From positions 88,739 through 152,738 of the forward strand of contig CBDBZY010000043.1 in the NCBI GenBank assembly GCA_965213685.1: 64,000 nt of DNA, given 5' to 3'. Within the stretch, counting starts at the first letter, position 1; every line of letters starts with the position of its first letter. Made by a program: the position numbers and the translations under genes. Shown here one piece after another: positions 1 through 10,488 of the stretch. Source of the DNA: a bacterium (GTDB taxonomy: Bacteria; UBA8248). A model generated the notes under the pieces. The model was given only the letters and a program-made list of their open reading frames with translations, was not told the origin of the DNA and searched no databases.

Positions 1-968
1 TTTCTATCCTCTCCGATTTGAGCCACTGCATTTTGCAAAAGTTTGGACTGAAAACTGTCTGCAGAAACTGACCATTCATTTAGTCTACTGGTAGCGATGC
101 CCCAAGTTCCCCCGATTGCTTCCCAATCCATTTCTCCCGCGTCGCGACCGTTCGACAAGTACTGAAGCCAATACATGTATGGACGGAGTTCGCGGATGTA
201 AGACATTCTGTTCGCATACGGTGGAGAGGTAACAACACAATCAACCAAGCCGGTGTCTTTTTTCGACAGCTGGCGTGAGTCGGCTAGAACGACTTTTGTT
301 TCACCGGTCGGGTTCTGCTCGGCTCCGTCAAGAACGAAGTTTAAGTTTCTAAGGAATAGGTCGTGCGGGTCAGCATCAAAGTTCAAAGCCGCTTGAGAAT
401 TTGATTTGAACGACATAGACTGGTGATTGAAAGCAGCATTGGATAGATTGATTAACGTCCGACAGAACGCAACCGAAAGCAAGGAGTGATGTTTAGTTCC
501 TTTGGGAAATCTGGTATCGATAGCTCCTTTCAAAGCGCAAAGAAAGTCAAGCACAGCAGGATGCCACCATCGTCCGATGTTGTGCATACGCGGAATTAGG
601 GCTTTTGGCATTCTTTCGTAATAAGCATCATCCGACACCGCATGGCTAGCCTTCTTCAGATCAGCAATCAACTGTTGAGAGTAAAAATCGGTCTTGACGC
701 GGCTGAACCAAACTAAAAAAGGATTGATCTCCATCGTTACGGCGGTTTGGCCGTGGTAAGCCGCACAAAGAGCGGTTGTTCCAGTCCCACAGAAAGGATC
801 AAAAACATTGAGTCTGGAGACGTCGTTATAGCCAGCCAGAATCTCGCTCACAACCTTGAGTGAGTACGCAGGAGTCAAACGAAGCCAGCCGTAGCGTCCG
901 AATTTGGTGTTATGTTTTTGCGTGTAGTCCGCTCTTTGGGTCAGTGAGCGGCGCAACGTCTTAGTCAT
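1..968 (-). CDS. DNA methyltransferase, amino (likely N4-cytosine) type; runs off window edge
   Basis: Manual translation from ATG at 968, which overlaps the upstream TAA: MTKTLRRSLTQRADY...FDPFCGTGTT (motif I)...VVTSPPY (motif IV, SPPY typical of m4C MTases). Lower GC than flanks. Confidence 0.88.
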   Translation of the reverse strand, partial: MTKTLRRSLTQRADYTQKHNTKFGRYGWLRLTPAYSLKVVSEILAGYNDVSRLNVFDPFCGTGTTALCAAYHGQTAVTMEINPFLVWFSRVKTDFYSQQLIADLKKASHAVSDDAYYERMPKALIPRMHNIGRWWHPAVLDFLCALKGAIDTRFPKGTKHHSLLSVAFCRTLINLSNAAFNHQSMSFKSNSQAALNFDADPHDLFLRNLNFVLDGAEQNPTGETKVVLADSRQLSKKDTGLVDCVVTSPPYANRMSYIRELRPYMYWLQYLSNGRDAGEMDWEAIGGTWGIATSRLNEWSVSADSFQSKLLQNAVAQIGEDR

Positions 969-1843
969 TACGACGGCTCCAACAACTTTTCGAGTATGGT
1001 GCTCACTTCGTTCTTCAAGGTCTCTTGATTTCGATTTAAGAAACCCGCCAAGTCGTATCCGATCACCTCCTTTAGAAAGTCATAGGTCGATAGCAGCGGA
1101 TCGGATATGCCAATCACACCAGTTAGTATAGACCACTTCTGTGCTCTGTATCGTAGGAGAATGTCTGAGTCGATCTGCGTCGAAAGTATTACTGCACAGG
1201 GTAAATAGGCCTTGGTGTAAGCTGTCGCAGCATTAGCGATATCGGCATTCTGCCGCTTAGAGTCTTTGCTCTTATAGCCTTGGCGTACCTCGAAAACGGT
1301 ACCCTTTAAGGTTGAGAACACATCAGGATCGACATGGACGAGGTTTGCCGAGTCTTTCATCCATTTATGAAAACGGTCGCGAGCGGACGCATCTTTGATT
1401 TTGTCTAATTGCACCCTCCCGTCGAGGTGCAATCTTCTGCTCCTGCCGCCCGCTACAGGTACTTGGTATGACCACTTAGCGTCTTCCGCAGAAAGACCAA
1501 GACAATCCTGTAAGATAGTACGGAACAATTTCTCGCAACCAATCCCGATCTGCCTGTAAACGCTTGTCATGCCACCGGCTACTTTGTGAGCAGCATACAT
1601 CCGCGGATTGTCAAGGCCAAACCAGCTATAAAACGAATCGTTTCGATAAATATCTTGAAATTCGCCCAATGACAAGCCACCTCTTTTATTCCCCCGTCCG
1701 AATTTGGGCTTGTATTCAGCTGATACCCGAATGGGTTCGAGTACAATCTGTAAGTATCTTTCTTCATCATCGGGCAAAGTTGGCCCCCTATCAATGTGTT
1801 CCAGTCCACGGAGTCGATAAATGGAGCGGGAACTCGAACTCAC
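968..1843 (-). CDS. Putative type II restriction endonuclease
   Basis: 291 aa, translationally coupled (TAATG) to the MTase; LDG...FEVRQGYKSKD resembles a PD-(D/E)xK variant; low-GC island. Confidence 0.7.
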   Translation of the reverse strand: MSSSSRSIYRLRGLEHIDRGPTLPDDEERYLQIVLEPIRVSAEYKPKFGRGNKRGGLSLGEFQDIYRNDSFYSWFGLDNPRMYAAHKVAGGMTSVYRQIGIGCEKLFRTILQDCLGLSAEDAKWSYQVPVAGGRSRRLHLDGRVQLDKIKDASARDRFHKWMKDSANLVHVDPDVFSTLKGTVFEVRQGYKSKDSKRQNADIANAATAYTKAYLPCAVILSTQIDSDILLRYRAQKWSILTGVIGISDPLLSTYDFLKEVIGYDLAGFLNRNQETLKNEVSTILEKLLEPS

Positions 1844-2005
1844 GTTGTTTTTATTAGAGAACGGCAGCGAACCGCAAACCCGGGGGGCTATACGGACAAA
1901 GGTTGTCCTCTTCGTTGACCACTTCCGCGTTGGGGTCTCACAGGCAGAGCGTCCCGAGGAGCGGTTTCCTGAGGCGCAGAATCCCGCCGCCGCCCGCCCC
2001 TCGTT

Positions 2006-2578
2006 TTATTCCCCGTCCCGGAGGAGGCTCGTTTTGGTGAAGATCGCGTCGAGTGCGAAGCCGCGCGCCGCGAGGTTCTCGCGTCCGCCCTCCTCGCGGT
2101 CCACGAGGCAGACGACGCGGGCGACTTCCAGCCCCGCTTGCCGGGCCGCGTCAATCGCCGTGCAGCTCGAGGAGGCGGTGGTCACCACGTCCTCGATGAT
2201 GGCGACTTTCATTCCGCACCGCAGGTTTCCCGCGCCCTCGATGCGGTTTTGCATCCCGTGGCCCTTCTCTGCCTTTCGGACGATGAAGGCGGGAATGTCG
2301 AGGCCGGCGAGGGCCGCCGTCATCGAGACGGCGGTCACCATCGGGTCCGCACCCAGGGTGGGGCCGCCCACAGCCTCGACCCCGCTCTCCCGGATGCGCC
2401 CGAGGATCACCCGCCCCACCAGCCTCGCACCCTCGCCGTGCAGGGTGACCTGGCGGCAGTCCACGTAAAAATCGCTCTCCTGGCCCGAGGCGAGCGTCAC
2501 CTTTTTCTTCTCGTACGCTTTTTCGAGCAACAGCCGGCGCAGGGCTTCGACGTCCGCTTCATCTTGGTTTCGGGTCAT
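2006..2578 (-). CDS. pyrE: Orotate phosphoribosyltransferase
   Basis: LASGQESDFYVDCR, VRKAEKGHG and PRPP motif IIEDVVTT. Confidence 0.93.
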   Translation of the reverse strand: MTRNQDEADVEALRRLLLEKAYEKKKVTLASGQESDFYVDCRQVTLHGEGARLVGRVILGRIRESGVEAVGGPTLGADPMVTAVSMTAALAGLDIPAFIVRKAEKGHGMQNRIEGAGNLRCGMKVAIIEDVVTTASSSCTAIDAARQAGLEVARVVCLVDREEGGRENLAARGFALDAIFTKTSLLRDGE

Positions 2579-2878
2579 GGCACGGCCTTCGGGTGCGGGG
2601 GAGTCCGCCCGGGGGTCGCGCGCGCTCCCCTGGATGTGCCGACAGACGAGGAGCGCCGCCTCCTCGAAGGCCCCGGGCACCATGACGTGCACCGCGCCCA
2701 GGTGGGTTTGGCTGAAGCCATAGACGGCGCCCGCCGAATCGTAGCTCAGATGCGCCGGTATCCGCTCGGCCTCCAGCCTGCTCTTCAGGATGAGGGCTTC
2801 CATCTGCCCGCCCACCGTGGCGATCCGCCGCAGATCGGCCGGCCCCCGCACGCCCCCGGGCGAACTATCGCTCCACAA
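2579..2878 (-). CDS. DUF2007-like small protein (reads in frame into pyrE as assembled)
   Basis: MEALILKSRLEAERIP...GAVHVMVP...EEA pattern typical of DUF2007. Confidence 0.6.
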
Positions 2879-3047
2879 ATCTCCGCTCCTTCGGCAGGTT
2901 CGTCGCGTGCCGCGTGGATAGAACCGCCGCCCATGTTCGGGGAAATCCGGCGCCGGCGCAAGCAGGAGGCCATCCGCTCGCCCCGGTTGGTCTCCCGCGC
3001 CGTGGAGTGGTAGTTTGGGAGGGGAGCGAAGGGGAGGAGGAGAGGGG

Positions 3048-3885
3048 GTTGCGGCGGCGTCTGTTCTTCATGCTGGCGGCATCGTTCGGTGCGCTCATCC
3101 ATCTGTGGGGCGAGGTTGCCGCCGCGCCCGCCCGCGAGGGGATTCCGCCGTCCCGCGCGCTCCGATCGGCGCGCCCCGCCGCTTCCGCCCCCTTTATCGT
3201 GGTGCTCGACCCGGGACACGGGGGCCGGGATTCGGGCAGCCGCGGCGCCCTGCTCGCCGAGAAGGATTTCACCCTGCGCGCGAGCCGGATGCTGGCGGCG
3301 CTCCTGTCGAGACGGCCCGAGGTGAAGGTGATCCTGACGCGGGAGACTGACGCGCAGATGACCGCCGTGCAGCGCGCCGCCGTGGCGAACTATCACGGCG
3401 CCTCCCTGTTCCTCTCCCTCCATGCGGACGCCTCCTGGCGGCCCGGGGCGCGGGGGGCGGTCATCCTGGTGGCGGCGCCCCGCCGCCCGCCTCGGGTGGA
3501 GGGGGAAGCGCCGGAGGCCGTCGCGCTCCGCTGGCAGCGCAGCCAGAACGTGCATCTGGCCTCGAACCGCCGCTTCGCCCTGGGGCTGCAAAGGCGCTTC
3601 GCCGCCATCCGTCCCCGGGAGAAGCCCCCCGTCCGCATTCTGGCCGTGCGGGATCTGGAGGGTGCGCGAATGCCCGCGGCGTATGTGAGCCTGGGCGTCA
3701 TCAGCACGCCGGAGGATGAGGCGAGGCTCCGCGAGATGAAAGAGGAGGACGCCTACCTCGTCGGCGTCGCCCGGGAGATACTGCGGTTCGCCAATCTCCC
3801 CGAGGAGTTGCCGGCCGCGGCCCCCGCCGCATCGGAGGCCGCACCGGACGCGGAGAATCGCGAAGCCGCCGGCGAGGGAGGCTAG
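3048..3885 (+). CDS. N-acetylmuramoyl-L-alanine amidase (Amidase_3 family); start approximate
   Basis: VVLDPGHGG, EKD, LTRETD, SLHADA motifs; N-terminal hydrophobic segment. Confidence 0.85.
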
Positions 3886-3891
3886 CGTGCT

Positions 3892-4563
3892 GTGAAGAGG
3901 GTGCTGGCCGCCGTCTTTCTCGTCCTGGCGAGCGCGGGCGTCGTCTGGATGTTTCAGGACGACATTTTGGACCGAATGGGCGAGGGCCGCCGCGCCGCGT
4001 CCGTCCCCGCGCAGGGAGACCCCGCGATTGCGTCCACCGTGCGGAAGACCCTCTATTTCGCCAGCGCGGAGGAGGATTTGCTGGCGCCATACCCCGTGGA
4101 GGTGGAGGTCGGCGCGGATGACGTGGAAACCCTCCGCAACCTGCTGAAGGCGCTTCTGGCGGGACCCCGAGAGGAGGGTTACGCGCCGATTCTGCCGAAG
4201 GGCGCCACTCTGCGCGCGGCGTTTCCGGGACCCGGGGGAATCGCCTACGTCGATTTCGACAAGACCTTTCGGGACGCGCACCCCGGTGGTGCATGGGCGG
4301 AGTTGATGACCGCCTACGGCGTCGCCAGCGCCGTCATCCTGAATTTTCCGGACCTCTTTGATCGCGTCGTGCTGCTCATAGAGGGCCAGGAGGCGCAGAC
4401 CGTCGCAGGCTCCCTCGCCATCGCGGGACCGTTGCGCCTGCGGGAGGAATTGTTGACGGCGAAACAGGCCCCCCGCACCGGGGGCGGCCCGCCTGAGACC
4501 GCAGGGGCTGCGGGCGGCGGGACTGCGGGCGCTCCCGCCGGCGTGCCGAGGGATGCTCCCTAG
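3892..4563 (+). CDS. GerMN-domain membrane-anchored protein
   Basis: N-terminal TM, TLYFA, LLAGP, AYVDF, VVLLIEG; usual neighbour of amidase. Confidence 0.8.
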   Translation: MKRVLAAVFLVLASAGVVWMFQDDILDRMGEGRRAASVPAQGDPAIASTVRKTLYFASAEEDLLAPYPVEVEVGADDVETLRNLLKALLAGPREEGYAPILPKGATLRAAFPGPGGIAYVDFDKTFRDAHPGGAWAELMTAYGVASAVILNFPDLFDRVVLLIEGQEAQTVAGSLAIAGPLRLREELLTAKQAPRTGGGPPETAGAAGGGTAGAPAGVPRDAP

Positions 4564-5939
4564 CCGGCGGCGCAGGCCTCGCGTATCGCCTCATCCAGGA
4601 TGCGCACCATGCGGACGATCTCCTCGTCGGTCACGCAGTAGGGAGGCATGAGGACGACCACGTCGCCCAGGGGCCGGATGGCGAGGCCGCGCCTTCTCGC
4701 CGCGAGGATCACCCTCCGCCCCATGCGCTTCGCAGGCGGATAGGGCTCTTTCCGCTCCTTGTCCTTGACGAGCTCCACGCCCGCCATCCAGCCCAGGCCG
4801 CGGACGTCGCCCACGTGGGGCGCGCTCCTCAGCTTCTCCAGTGCGCGCCACAGATGCGCAATCCGGGGGCCGTTGCGCTCGATGGTGTTTTCTTTCTCGA
4901 AAATCTCCAGGTTGGCCAGCGCGGCGGCGCAGCCCAGGGGGTTTCCCGTATAGGAGTGGCCGTGAAAGAAGGTGCGGCCCGCCTCGGGCGGGCCGCGGAA
5001 GGCGTCGAAAATCTCCTCGGTGGCCAGCGTCGCCGCCAGCGGCAGATAGCCGCCCGTGATCCCCTTGGCGAGGCATAGAATGTCCGGCGCCACGCCCGCG
5101 TGCTCGCAGGCGAACATCGGGCCCGTGCGCCCGAACCCCGTGGCGACCTCGTCGGCTATCAGGAGCACGTCGTTTTCCCGGCAGGCGCGCCGCACTTTCT
5201 GGAGAAAGCCGGGCGGCTGGACGATCATGCCCGCCGCCCCCTGCACCATCGGCTCCATCACCACGGCGGCCAGATGCCGCGCATGCTCCTGGATGTAGCG
5301 CGTTATCTCCTCGCCCGAGCACACCGGACAGGGCGGACGCTCCGCCCCCCTCGGGCACCAGAAGCAATAGGGCGTCTCCGCCCGGAGGGTCTGGAAGAGC
5401 AGCGGCCCGAAGATGCCGTGGAACAGCTCCATGCCGCCGAGGGAGACCGCACCGACCGTGTCGCCGTGATAGGCGAGGCCCAGGGCGAGGAAGCGCTCTT
5501 TCCCGGGCCGGGGGTTCTCCCGCTGCCTCTGGTATTGAAAGGCCATCTTGAGGGCGATTTCCACCGCCGCGGCACCTGAGTCCGAATAGAAGACGCGGGT
5601 CAGTCCCGCCGGCGCGATTTCGGCGAGCTTTCGCGCGAGCTCGATGGCCGCCGGGTTCGCCATGCCCAGCTGGGTGGTATGCGCGATCCGCCCGAGCTGC
5701 GCGCGCACCGCCCGGTCGATCTCCTCTTTTCGGTGCCCGTGGACGTTCACCCACAGGGAGGAGACGCCGTCGAGATAGCGGTTGCCCTGCGTGTCGATGA
5801 GGTATGCGCCCTCGCCGCGCTCGATCACGAGCGGGGGGTCTTCGCTCTCCCATTCGTCCATGGGCGTGAAGGGGTGCCAGAGGTGCTTCCTGTCCGCGGC
5901 CGCCAGGCGGCGGAGGCGTTCGGCCGCGTCCGCCCTCAT
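4560..5939 (-). CDS. bioA: Adenosylmethionine-8-amino-7-oxononanoate aminotransferase
   Basis: HLWHPFT, DGVSSLWVNVHGH, YHGDT, DEVATGFGRTG, AKGITGGY, HGHSYTGNPL. Confidence 0.95.
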   Translation of the reverse strand: MRADAAERLRRLAAADRKHLWHPFTPMDEWESEDPPLVIERGEGAYLIDTQGNRYLDGVSSLWVNVHGHRKEEIDRAVRAQLGRIAHTTQLGMANPAAIELARKLAEIAPAGLTRVFYSDSGAAAVEIALKMAFQYQRQRENPRPGKERFLALGLAYHGDTVGAVSLGGMELFHGIFGPLLFQTLRAETPYCFWCPRGAERPPCPVCSGEEITRYIQEHARHLAAVVMEPMVQGAAGMIVQPPGFLQKVRRACRENDVLLIADEVATGFGRTGPMFACEHAGVAPDILCLAKGITGGYLPLAATLATEEIFDAFRGPPEAGRTFFHGHSYTGNPLGCAAALANLEIFEKENTIERNGPRIAHLWRALEKLRSAPHVGDVRGLGWMAGVELVKDKERKEPYPPAKRMGRRVILAARRRGLAIRPLGDVVVLMPPYCVTDEEIVRMVRILDEAIREACAAG

Positions 5940-6715
5940 GCGGGGCGTTCGGCCAGGATGACGGCCTCCTGCTCGTCGAAGACGTATGCGCCGTCCTCCT
6001 CGCGGGGGTTGAGCCAGTATGCGATCGCGGGCGAGGCGGTTTCCAGATATTTCCGGAGCGCCGCCCTGTCCCCGTCCGTGAGGTGGGGGCGGTTCACCCA
6101 CTCGGAGAGCACCATCATCTTTCTCAGGGTCTCCGAGTAGAGGACGCGAAAGCCGGCCGCCTCCAGCATCTCCACTAGGCCGGGCAGGCTGTCGCAGCGG
6201 TTGTGACTCGGGTCGCGCCGGCGCTCGAAATCGTTGTAGCTCGCCTGCTCCGCGGGTTCTTCGGGCGCGATGTTGTCGATGTAGATCAGCCTCCCCCCCG
6301 GCTTCAGCACCCGGAACATCTCGCGGATGGCCGCCTGGACGTCGGGAAAGTGGTGCGGCGCGATGCGCACCGAGACGGAGTCGAGCGCCTCCCCCCGGAC
6401 GCTGAGGTGCTCGGCGTCGGTTCGGAGAAACGACACGTTCGGGACGTTTCTCTCCGCGCCAAGCCTGCGCGCGGAGTCGAGCATCCCGGCGGTCAGGTCG
6501 CTCGCGATGACGTGGCGGCACCTGTCCGCCATCCGGTAGGCCGTGTGGCCGGCGCCCGTGGCGACGTCCAGATGCAGGCCGCCATCGGGGTTCAGCACCT
6601 CGGCCGCGCGCGCGAGGGAGCTGCTGCGCGCATGGGGCGCGCTGGTGACGTAGTAGTCGGAATCCTGGTTGTATATTCTTTGTACGGCGTCTCGCTGCTC
6701 CCTAGACGTGTCCAT
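5936..6715 (-). CDS. Class I SAM-dependent methyltransferase
   Basis: LDVATGAGH, APHHF, RVLKPGG, RDPSH. Confidence 0.88.
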   Translation of the reverse strand: MDTSREQRDAVQRIYNQDSDYYVTSAPHARSSSLARAAEVLNPDGGLHLDVATGAGHTAYRMADRCRHVIASDLTAGMLDSARRLGAERNVPNVSFLRTDAEHLSVRGEALDSVSVRIAPHHFPDVQAAIREMFRVLKPGGRLIYIDNIAPEEPAEQASYNDFERRRDPSHNRCDSLPGLVEMLEAAGFRVLYSETLRKMMVLSEWVNRPHLTDGDRAALRKYLETASPAIAYWLNPREEDGAYVFDEQEAVILAERPA

Positions 6716-6779
6716 GCGCCTCCTCGTCGGGAATGGGAAAACCGGTTTGCGGGGAGGAGTATTTCCCGAAACCCGGGCT

Positions 6780-7421
6780 TCAGGCAAGCGGCGGGAGCGT
6801 TCTCAAAATTGCGCGGGCGGGCGCGCCGTCGCGTCCCGGGAGAAGGGCGGGCAGGGCGATGAGTTCGTAGTCGCCCTCGGGAACGTCCTGGAGGTTCAGC
6901 CCTTCGAGCAGGGTGACGCCTGCGGGCATCAGCAGCATGTGAACGGGCACGCCGGTGTCCGGCGCGTCCACGGAGAGATAGTCCACGCCCAGGAGCGTCA
7001 TGCCGCACTCGAGCAACAGCCGGGCGGCGTCCGGCGTCATGGAGCAAAAATTCGGATCGTACGGCTTTTCCCACCACCTGTTCTGGGAGTTGCGCGTCTT
7101 GATGAGGAAGCGCGAGGCGCCCTGGAGGTTTTTCGTTTCGAGCTCCTCGGAGCGCACGCATTCGGGGTTCTCTATCTCCAGAACCCGGGCGGGGCCCACC
7201 AGGGTTTCGAGGCGGAGCGTCTCGATTCCGCCCCCGTCCCGCAGGTAGTGCATGGGGGCGTCGAGGTGGGTGCCGGTGTGGACGCCGAGGAGGGCTTCCG
7301 TCAGACAGACCGCATCCCCCGCCTCGAAGGATGCGTGAAAGCGCATCTTCAGCCCCGGGTTGCCCGGCCAGATGGGCATTTTCCCCTCCTCCACGGGGAC
7401 CGAGATGTCGATGATGCCCAT
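6780..7421 (-). CDS. Cyclase / kynurenine formamidase (KynB-like) family hydrolase
   Basis: HTGTHLDAPMH, GVDYLS, EGL, DGAPARA. Confidence 0.88.
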   Translation of the reverse strand: MGIIDISVPVEEGKMPIWPGNPGLKMRFHASFEAGDAVCLTEALLGVHTGTHLDAPMHYLRDGGGIETLRLETLVGPARVLEIENPECVRSEELETKNLQGASRFLIKTRNSQNRWWEKPYDPNFCSMTPDAARLLLECGMTLLGVDYLSVDAPDTGVPVHMLLMPAGVTLLEGLNLQDVPEGDYELIALPALLPGRDGAPARAILRTLPPLA

Positions 7422-7530
7422 GTGCTTCCTCCGACGACGGGGGCGGTTCCGCACATTATCCTACCAGAAAGCGGCCGCGCGCGTCCAGGCGGCGGCTTTT
7501 CGGGCGGGGAGGGGCGGGCGGAGGGAGAGC

Positions 7531-8631
7531 CTACCCGTGCACCACGACGCTGCGCGCCACCTCGCCGTTGATCAGGGCGTCGTAGGCCTCGTTGATCTGC
7601 TCTATCGGCCATTGTTTCGTGAGCAGATCGTCCAGGTTCAGCTTCCCCGCCATGTACAGGTCGATGAGCCTGGGCACCACGAGACGGGGGTTGCATGAGC
7701 CGTAGAGGGAGCCGATGAGGCGCTTCTCCTCCGTCACCAGGGCGGTGGGGGGTATGGACATCCTGGTCCTGACGCCCGCGATTCCCACGATGACGGCCGT
7801 CCCCCCCGTGCGCACGCTGTCGAAGGCCGTCGCCATCACCTCCGGCACGCCGATGAACTCGAAGGCGTAGTGGGCGCCTTTGCCGTTCGTGATCTCCCGG
7901 ATGGTCTCGACCGCGTCCTCATCCGAGGAGTTCACGACGTGGGTGGCGCCGAACCTTTTGGCCATCTCCAGCTTGTTCTGCATCAAGTCGACCGCGATGA
8001 TGGGCTCCGCCCCCACGAGCGCCGCGCCCTGCACCGCGTTCAGCCCCACGCCCCCGGCGCCGAACACCGCCACGCTCTCGCCCGGGCGCACCTGGGCGGC
8101 GTTCGTCACCGCGCCCACCCCCGTGATGACGGCGCAGCTCACCACCGCCGCCTTCTCGAGCGACATGTCCTCGCGAATCTTCAGAACCGATTTCTCCGAG
8201 ACCACCGAATGGGAGCTGAAGGTGGAGACGCCGAGAAAATGATGCACCCGCTCGCCGTTGATGGAGAAGCGCGTCGTGCCGTCGGAGAGCGTGCCGTCGG
8301 CCCGCATCCGGATGCCCTCGCCGCAGATCGCGGGCCGGCCCGAGAGGCACAGCTCGCAGGCGCCGCAGCTGTAGCGCCAGACGGAGACCACGTGATCGCC
8401 CGGCTTCACGGAACCCACCCCGGGGCCCACCTCCTCCACGACGCCCGCCCCCTCATGTCCCATGACGATGGGCGTGGGCACCGGAAACACGCCCGACATG
8501 GCGTGGTGGTCGCTGTGGCAAACGCCGCCCGCGCGGTAGCGCACGAGCACCTCCCCCGCCTTGGGCGGCGCCACCTCGATGGGTTCGATGGTCATCGGCC
8601 TGCCGACTTCGTGGAAGATGGCTGCTTTCAT
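7531..8631 (-). CDS. Zn-dependent alcohol dehydrogenase (class III-like)
   Basis: CHSD, GHEGAG, CxxCxxC..C structural Zn site, GAGGVG. Confidence 0.92.
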   Translation of the reverse strand: MKAAIFHEVGRPMTIEPIEVAPPKAGEVLVRYRAGGVCHSDHHAMSGVFPVPTPIVMGHEGAGVVEEVGPGVGSVKPGDHVVSVWRYSCGACELCLSGRPAICGEGIRMRADGTLSDGTTRFSINGERVHHFLGVSTFSSHSVVSEKSVLKIREDMSLEKAAVVSCAVITGVGAVTNAAQVRPGESVAVFGAGGVGLNAVQGAALVGAEPIIAVDLMQNKLEMAKRFGATHVVNSSDEDAVETIREITNGKGAHYAFEFIGVPEVMATAFDSVRTGGTAVIVGIAGVRTRMSIPPTALVTEEKRLIGSLYGSCNPRLVVPRLIDLYMAGKLNLDDLLTKQWPIEQINEAYDALINGEVARSVVVHG

Positions 8632-8848
8632 GGATGGGCTCCCCGGTGGATGGAAATGCGCGAGGGCAGACGTCCGCTGGCGACGCGATTCTCCCATTCA
8701 TACCGGAAACCCGGCCAGATTGCACCTCCCCTCCCTCCGCTCTCCCGCGCGTTGCAACGCAGGGGGCGTCCATATATGCTCCTCCCCGTGGCTTGCGGTT
8801 TCCGGCGCGGCGGAGTGCGCGGGCGAATCCTTTGGAGGAGATGGGCTC

Positions 8849-9049
8849 TTGCGGGTTCGCGTGAACGGGAGGGAGGAGGAGCTGGCGGAGGGCGCGACCA
8901 TCGCGTCCCTTCTCGCTTCCATGGAGCTGGAGGCGCATGGCATCGCCGTGGCGTTGAACATGGAGATTGTCCGCCGGGGCGAATACGGCGATACGAATCT
9001 ATCGGATGGGGATGAGGTCGAGATCGTCCGCGCCGTCGGCGGGGGCTGA
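8849..9049 (+). CDS. thiS: Sulfur carrier protein ThiS
   Basis: 66 aa, VNG start, C-terminal AVGGG, directly upstream of thiG. Confidence 0.92.
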   Translation: MRVRVNGREEELAEGATIASLLASMELEAHGIAVALNMEIVRRGEYGDTNLSDGDEVEIVRAVGGG

Positions 9050-9071
9050 TCGGCGGCGGGAGGGGAGCGTG

Positions 9072-9845
9072 ATGAGCACGTATGAAATCGGCGGCAAGAG
9101 TTTCACTTCTCGTCTGTGGGTGGGCTCCGGCAAGTATCCGAGCTTTGCCGTCATGCGCGACGCACTCGAGGCGAGCGGGACGGAGATGGTCACCGTCGCC
9201 GTGCGCCGCGTGGACCTCGCCGATGATTCGGCGGAAGGTTTCTGGGCGCATTTCGACAGGGGCAGATATACGATACTGCCCAACACCGCGGGCTGCTACG
9301 ACGTGAAGAGCGCCGTGACGACGGCGCGGCTGGCGCGCGAGGCCACCGGTTCGGACTTCGTGAAGGTCGAGGTCATCGGGGATGAGCGCACGCTCTTCCC
9401 GGACAACGAGGGACTGCTCGAGGCGTGCAGGATCCTGCTGGACGACGGCTTCATCGTCCTGCCCTACTGCATCGACGACCCGGTGATTTGCCGGAAGCTC
9501 GAAGACCTCGGCTGCCAGGCCGTCATGCCCCTGGCCGCGCCGATCGGCTCCGGCATGGGGATACGAAATCCCTACAACCTGCGCATCATCCTGGAGCAAA
9601 TCTCGGTTCCCGTCATCGTGGACGCCGGCGTGGGCACCGCCTCGGACGCCGCGGCCGCCATGGAGCTGGGCGCCGCCGCCGTCCTGATGCAGACCGCCAT
9701 CGCGGGCGCCGACGACCCGGTGAAGATGGCGCGCGCCATGAACCTGGGCGTCGAGGCGGGCAGGCTCGCCTACGAGGCGGGACGGATTCCCATGAAGCTC
9801 TACGCCACGGCGTCTAGCCCGCTGGCGGGCGTCATCGGCTCCTGA
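9072..9845 (+). CDS. thiG: Thiazole synthase
   Basis: [39 protein letters not shown]. Confidence 0.96.
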   Translation: MSTYEIGGKSFTSRLWVGSGKYPSFAVMRDALEASGTEMVTVAVRRVDLADDSAEGFWAHFDRGRYTILPNTAGCYDVKSAVTTARLAREATGSDFVKVEVIGDERTLFPDNEGLLEACRILLDDGFIVLPYCIDDPVICRKLEDLGCQAVMPLAAPIGSGMGIRNPYNLRIILEQISVPVIVDAGVGTASDAAAAMELGAAAVLMQTAIAGADDPVKMARAMNLGVEAGRLAYEAGRIPMKLYATASSPLAGVIGS

Positions 9846-9861
9846 GTCGGGTTCCGGGAAG

Positions 9862-10488
9862 ATTTCGGGACAGCAGCTCGACCGGCTGTATCTCATCACG
9901 GACAGAAACGCGCCCCGCACCGGGGACTTTCTGGGCGCACTCGAGGCGGCCCTCGCCGGCGGCGTGCGCTTCGTCCAGTTTCGCGAGAAGGATATGAACC
10001 CGCAAGCGCGCCTGCGCTTGGGCGAGCGGGTCGTCTCCCTGGCGCGTGCGCGCGGGGCGCGCGTGCTGGTGAACGGCGACCCGGCCCTGGCCAAGGCCCT
10101 CGGCGCCTCCGGGCTGCACCTCGGCAAGGGGACGGTCTCCATTCCGCAGGTGCGCGCGGCCGGGTATGCGGGCCTCATCGGCTACTCCGCCCACAGCGGG
10201 GAGGAGGCGGCGGGCGCGCTCGCCGAAGGCGCCGATTTCGTGACGCTCAGCCCCGTTTTCCCGACTCGTAGCAAATTCTCCGCAGGCGCAACCCTCGGGC
10301 TCGACGCGCTCGAGCGCGCGGCCGGCGCGTGCGGCGGCCCCGTCTACGCGCTCGGCGGCGTGGGCGCGGAGAACGCGGCCGGATGCCTGGCGCGCGGGGC
10401 GCATGGCGTCGCGCTCATCGGGGCGATCCTGGGGGCGGAGGACCCGGCGCTTGCGGCGCGGGAGGTGCGCGCGTCCCTCGCGCGCTGA
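9862..10488 (+). CDS. thiE: Thiamine-phosphate synthase; start uncertain
   Basis: In-frame LYLITD (from 9886) upstream of the GTG at 9964; QFREK, GLHLG, SAH, SPVFPTRSK, ALGGV. Confidence 0.9.
   Translation: MSGQQLDRLYLITDRNAPRTGDFLGALEAALAGGVRFVQFREKDMNPQARLRLGERVVSLARARGARVLVNGDPALAKALGASGLHLGKGTVSIPQVRAAGYAGLIGYSAHSGEEAAGALAEGADFVTLSPVFPTRSKFSAGATLGLDALERAAGACGGPVYALGGVGAENAAGCLARGAHGVALIGAILGAEDPALAAREVRASLAR

Noticed and set aside
2006-2878. DUF2007-PyrE in-frame fusion
   Set aside because: pyrE has its own RBS-like GAAGG and an ATGA overlap. One extra base in an upstream C run would explain the read-through, matching the error pattern elsewhere. A real fusion is not fully excluded.
5936-6715. 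Methyltransferase as bioC
   Set aside because: Adjacency to bioA is the only support; the motifs fit a generic class I methyltransferase family.
8640-8848. TPP riboswitch upstream of thiS
   Set aside because: The conserved CTGAGA core and associated motifs are not present.
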